Shown here piece after piece: positions 60,929-64,000 of a stretch of DNA of 64,000 nucleotides (position 1 is its first letter; each line of letters starts with the position of its first letter). Source of the stretch: an uncultured Nitrososphaerota archaeon (lineage in GTDB: Archaea; Thermoproteota; Nitrososphaeria; Nitrososphaerales; Nitrosopumilaceae); NCBI GenBank assembly GCA_963701075.1, contig OY969559.1, positions 1,792,001-1,856,000 on the forward strand. The letters run 5' to 3'. The position numbers and the translations under genes were made by a program. Below the pieces are notes generated by a model. It was given only the letters and a program-made list of their open reading frames with translations, was not told where the DNA came from and made no database searches.

Positions 60929-61202
60929 AACTCACATGAGCATCATAGGAGACATTCTTTCTACTACCAGAGATGAGGCTCCAGATGAATCTGGTGCAAG
61001 CGTAACCTACCTAATAAGAAAAGCCAATGTCTCATACGGAAGACTGGCAAAAATCTTGGAGACTCTGGTTCAGCAAGGCCTTCTTGAACAGACCACATCA
61101 GACAGAGCTTGCAAATACAGAATTAGCTCAAGGGGTAGAGAGTTCCTACAAGCATATCGTGGTTTTAGAGAATTTGCCGATTCCTTTGGGTTAAGAATTT
61201 AA
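60912..61202 (+). CDS. Winged-helix transcriptional regulator (HTH_45-like)
   Basis: YRTHMSIIGDIL, ANVSY..L, YRISSRGREFL. Confidence 0.8.
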   Translation: MAAIYRTHMSIIGDILSTTRDEAPDESGASVTYLIRKANVSYGRLAKILETLVQQGLLEQTTSDRACKYRISSRGREFLQAYRGFREFADSFGLRI

Positions 61203-61288
61203 TCAGATTCATTTTCAACGTCTTCATATTCATCTTCTATATCGTCATCGAATTCATCTTCAAATTCATTCTCGAACTCGTCAGACAT
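61199..61288 (-). CDS. 29-aa extremely acidic microprotein
   Basis: MSDEFENEFEDEFDDDIEDEYEDVENESD; TTTTATA about 25 nt upstream. Confidence 0.5.
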   Translation of the reverse strand: MSDEFENEFEDEFDDDIEDEYEDVENESD

Positions 61289-61357
61289 CAAGGATTAGAG
61301 AAAATATTTTACTATAAAAGACTTACACAGATGCGTCTGCGTTATTTGCAAATGTTA

Positions 61358-61471
61358 TCACACGATAGGTTCTACCCAACCACCGCATGAGACACAGATA
61401 TTCATGCCGTCGTCATTTACGTATGTTTCTCCGCCGGGTGGGCAATGACATTGCGATACTTCTTCATCCAT
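61358..61471 (-). CDS. 37-aa Cys-rich microprotein
   Basis: MDEEVSQCHCPPGGETYVNDDGMNICVSCGGWVEPIV; ATATAA box about 24 nt upstream. Confidence 0.5.
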   Translation of the reverse strand: MDEEVSQCHCPPGGETYVNDDGMNICVSCGGWVEPIV

Positions 61472-61545
61472 GTAAGATATATGCGATGCAACCTTATATC
61501 GTTTTTAGAACAAGAGATAATTTACTACTATTTATCAGATAAGTT

Positions 61546-62145
61546 ATGATCGTACCATGTGACCATAATGGAATCATCATGGCGTCGGATATAGTTAGGA
61601 AAGGAGGTACCGTGGTATTTCCAACAGATACCGTATACGGAATAGGATGCGATCCATTCAACAGCAAGGCAGTTAGGACAATTTACAGAATAAAGGGACG
61701 CGAAGAATCAAAACAGTTACCTGTTCTTGGCTTCTCCATTTCTGAAATATCAAAGATTGCCATTTTTGATGAATTGTCAAAGAGATTTGCTGCCAAGTTC
61801 TGGCCAGGGCCATTAACACTAATTCTTGGCATAAAAGAAGAAAAGATTGCAAAATCTCTTGGTCTTGATGAAAAGATAGCTGTACGTGTACCAAGTCATC
61901 CATGTGCGCTAAAACTTCTCAAAGAATGCAAGCTGCTTGTGGGAACAAGTGCAAATATAACTGGCCAGCCATCCTCTGCAGACTCGCATGAGATAATAAA
62001 AGAATTAGAAGGATACGACATATTGCTAGACGGCGGAAAAATACTAAATTCTGTCGAGTCAACCATCATAGAAGTTGTTGGAAGCAAATTTCGCATGATA
62101 CGTGAAGGGAAAGTTAGTGAAAAGGAGTTGCTTGCGCTAGTTTGA
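61546..62145 (+). CDS. tsaC: Threonylcarbamoyl-AMP synthase (TsaC/Sua5, short form)
   Basis: VFPTDTVYGIG, KGR, FWPGPLT, AVRVP, TSAN. Confidence 0.93.
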   Translation: MIVPCDHNGIIMASDIVRKGGTVVFPTDTVYGIGCDPFNSKAVRTIYRIKGREESKQLPVLGFSISEISKIAIFDELSKRFAAKFWPGPLTLILGIKEEKIAKSLGLDEKIAVRVPSHPCALKLLKECKLLVGTSANITGQPSSADSHEIIKELEGYDILLDGGKILNSVESTIIEVVGSKFRMIREGKVSEKELLALV

Positions 62146-62663
62146 ATCTAATTGTAACATGTAGCCGTAATTTTGAGGAAGAAGCGTCTGATGAGATTTC
62201 AAATATACTTCAGACACTAGGAGATGACAAAGCAGTGACAAAGAACAGTGAATTTTCTGGAATAGTGGTAGTAGATACATCGCTAGACCCCTTTGAAGCT
62301 GTAGGTAAAATCAGAGCAAAAATTCTCGATGAGCCATGGAGTATCAGATATTGTCATCGATTCATACCAATTCAAGAGTCTACCAAGACTGTACTTGATG
62401 CAATAGTAAAAGCTGTACAAGAACATGTCAGTAACATACAACCAGATGATTCTTACCGAATCACAATTGAGAAACGCGGTTCAGAGTTATCCTCTAAAGA
62501 GATAATCGATTCTGTCGCAGAAATTATTAGAAATAAAGTATCACTTGAAGAATATGATTGGAATATCATAATTGAAATTCTTGGAAATATAACTGGCGTT
62601 GCAGTGCTAAAGGACCAAGACATAGTAAGCACCCTAAAACTAAAGCGAGATTCAATGGAGTAA
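62142..62663 (+). CDS. THUMP-domain RNA-binding protein
   Basis: YRITIEKRG, KVSLE..D.IIIEIL. Confidence 0.8.
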   Translation: MNLIVTCSRNFEEEASDEISNILQTLGDDKAVTKNSEFSGIVVVDTSLDPFEAVGKIRAKILDEPWSIRYCHRFIPIQESTKTVLDAIVKAVQEHVSNIQPDDSYRITIEKRGSELSSKEIIDSVAEIIRNKVSLEEYDWNIIIEILGNITGVAVLKDQDIVSTLKLKRDSME

Positions 62664-63431
62664 AACTGCAGATCTCTCAACTATGAGATCCTCAAGCGGT
62701 GTATTTGACATTACACAGTCAAGTCCTTTCTTTGTTATGTTAAATTCCTTTTTTATAAAATTAGTATTGTCTGGAAATGGCAAAATTGATTCTGTCATGG
62801 GACTAATTTCAGCAAGAAGTTTTTTTATCAGAGATTTTTTGCCAATCATGATCAGAATAGAACCATTATTCTCCCGTAATCCTATTTTATTGATTGCCTC
62901 GCCAATCTGCCTTGTACATGCAAATCTCATAAGTATGTCAGTTTCAATTTTGTTAGAAAGCAGTGTGTTTGACTTGCTTGCTGCTAACGAGATTTCAATG
63001 ACTCTCTTTGCATGACTTGTATTTAGTACATATTGTAGCCTAATACCTTGAATGATTACACCGGGAAACCTGATTCGTAGATTTTCAAGGAGTTTTATAG
63101 GATCAGTACTAGTTTTCTTCAACCTAGCTAATTCCACATTATAATTTGAAATGCTAAAGTTGACGCTTATTTTACCACCACCATGCACCACAGGAATTAT
63201 GCTAACAATATCCCCATCCTTAAGAGACGTTTCTGCGCCCTGCAAAGCGGAGGAATCTACTCCATTTATAGCGACAAGAACATTTTTGTCATCAAACGCA
63301 GGCATGTTTTTTGAAACCAAATCCTGAAGAAAAACAAGTAGATCAGATACAGTCATGGAATTTTTTTCAATCGATATCTTATCAGAAGAAAAAGAACGCT
63401 TTGCGCCACCAAGAAGTTTGACTGTTATCAT
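62652..63431 (-). CDS. MoaD/ThiS ubiquitin-like domain fused to KEOPS subunit Cgi121
   Basis: LKDGDIVSIIPVVHGG followed by Cgi121 motif ETDILMRFACTRQIGEAINKIG. Confidence 0.85.
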   Translation of the reverse strand: MITVKLLGGAKRSFSSDKISIEKNSMTVSDLLVFLQDLVSKNMPAFDDKNVLVAINGVDSSALQGAETSLKDGDIVSIIPVVHGGGKISVNFSISNYNVELARLKKTSTDPIKLLENLRIRFPGVIIQGIRLQYVLNTSHAKRVIEISLAASKSNTLLSNKIETDILMRFACTRQIGEAINKIGLRENNGSILIMIGKKSLIKKLLAEISPMTESILPFPDNTNFIKKEFNITKKGLDCVMSNTPLEDLIVERSAVLLH

Positions 63432-63489
63432 GATTTAGAAAAGTAGTTGGCTCAATATGGAATTTTTGGTTATGAAATATTTGACAGGT

Positions 63490-63747
63490 TTAGCTAATCA
63501 GTTGTTCTTCCATCTCGTCTGAGTGGTGGACGGTTTCTGGCTGATCTGCTAGTGATTCTTTTTCCTTTTGCTCTTCAAGTTCCCTTTTCAAATGAGTCGT
63601 TATATAACCTGCAATCTCATTTTTTAGTCCTTTGGATCTTACTATTGCAACTTCGTTGAGTAGTATCTTATTTTTTTTAAAATCAGTGCCGAATTCTCCT
63701 TTATAAGTAGCCATTAGTTCCGTGGAAATTCGTCTGACTCTATTCAC
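63490..63747 (-). CDS. rps17e: 30S ribosomal protein S17e
   Basis: FGTDFKKNK, SKGLKNEIAGYIT. Confidence 0.93.
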   Translation of the reverse strand: MNRVRRISTELMATYKGEFGTDFKKNKILLNEVAIVRSKGLKNEIAGYITTHLKRELEEQKEKESLADQPETVHHSDEMEEQLIS

Positions 63748-63778
63748 GGTATCGATTGGCAGAAGGGGTATTTTATAC

Positions 63779-64000
63779 CTATATACCAAGATATGAGTTT
63801 GTATTTTTTTCTATGATTTCAAGCGTCTCATCGTATCTCTTACCTAGAATTTGCGATGCACAAAAAAGAACGCTGGGCATGAAAGTTATTTGTGCAGTCT
63901 TGTATCCAAAACATTTTGAGAACTTTACTGGTCCGTCTGTTTCCAGCAAGATCTTGCTAGGTTCCGTTTGAGAAAGAAGAATCTGTTTGTCTTGCGAGTA
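63779..64000 (-). CDS. TatD-family hydrolase, C-terminal part (enters from window end)
   Basis: ILLETDGP and terminal NTNSYL. Confidence 0.75.
   Translation of the reverse strand, partial: YSQDKQILLSQTEPSKILLETDGPVKFSKCFGYKTAQITFMPSVLFCASQILGKRYDETLEIIEKNTNSYLGI

Noticed and set aside
1-64000. CRISPR array, cas genes or rRNA
   Set aside because: No regularly spaced direct repeats, cas motifs or rRNA sequence seen.

Overview
Archaeal chromosome segment from an ammonia-oxidising Nitrososphaerota (Thaumarchaeota) member, probably Nitrosotalea/Nitrosopumilales-like (inference). Support: eukaryote-like topoisomerase IB alongside Topo VI, a PEFG-CTERM protein, a Ubl-Cgi121 fusion, and archaeal informational genes (rpl21e-rpo4-DUF655-ksgA, radA, nop5-flpA, rnhB, trm1, top6AB-dim2-rio1-aIF1A-aIF2b, purA, pyrDKF, rps17e, rps30e). 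It has two tRNAs: Met-CAT with a non-canonical 30/31 intron, and Ser-GCT. Three accessory patches stand out. (1) After tRNA-Met: an MFS transporter, a eukaryote-type peptide:N-glycanase homologue and an MscS-like channel. (2) Beside tRNA-Ser, a ~2.7 kb defence-like islet: a GNAT toxin-antitoxin pair, a SIR2-like protein and three Zn-ribbon microproteins, one sharing a GSGVxxGSGVS motif with the SIR2 protein. (3) Directly upstream of the radA promoter: an intact cargo-carrying IS6-like element with an 8-bp target duplication, abutting nested relics of related elements that carry hicBA-like and membrane cargo. At least nine genes, including radA, carry a 1-bp frameshift or an in-frame stop, most likely sequencing errors. 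All calls come from motif reading by eye; no database search was run.
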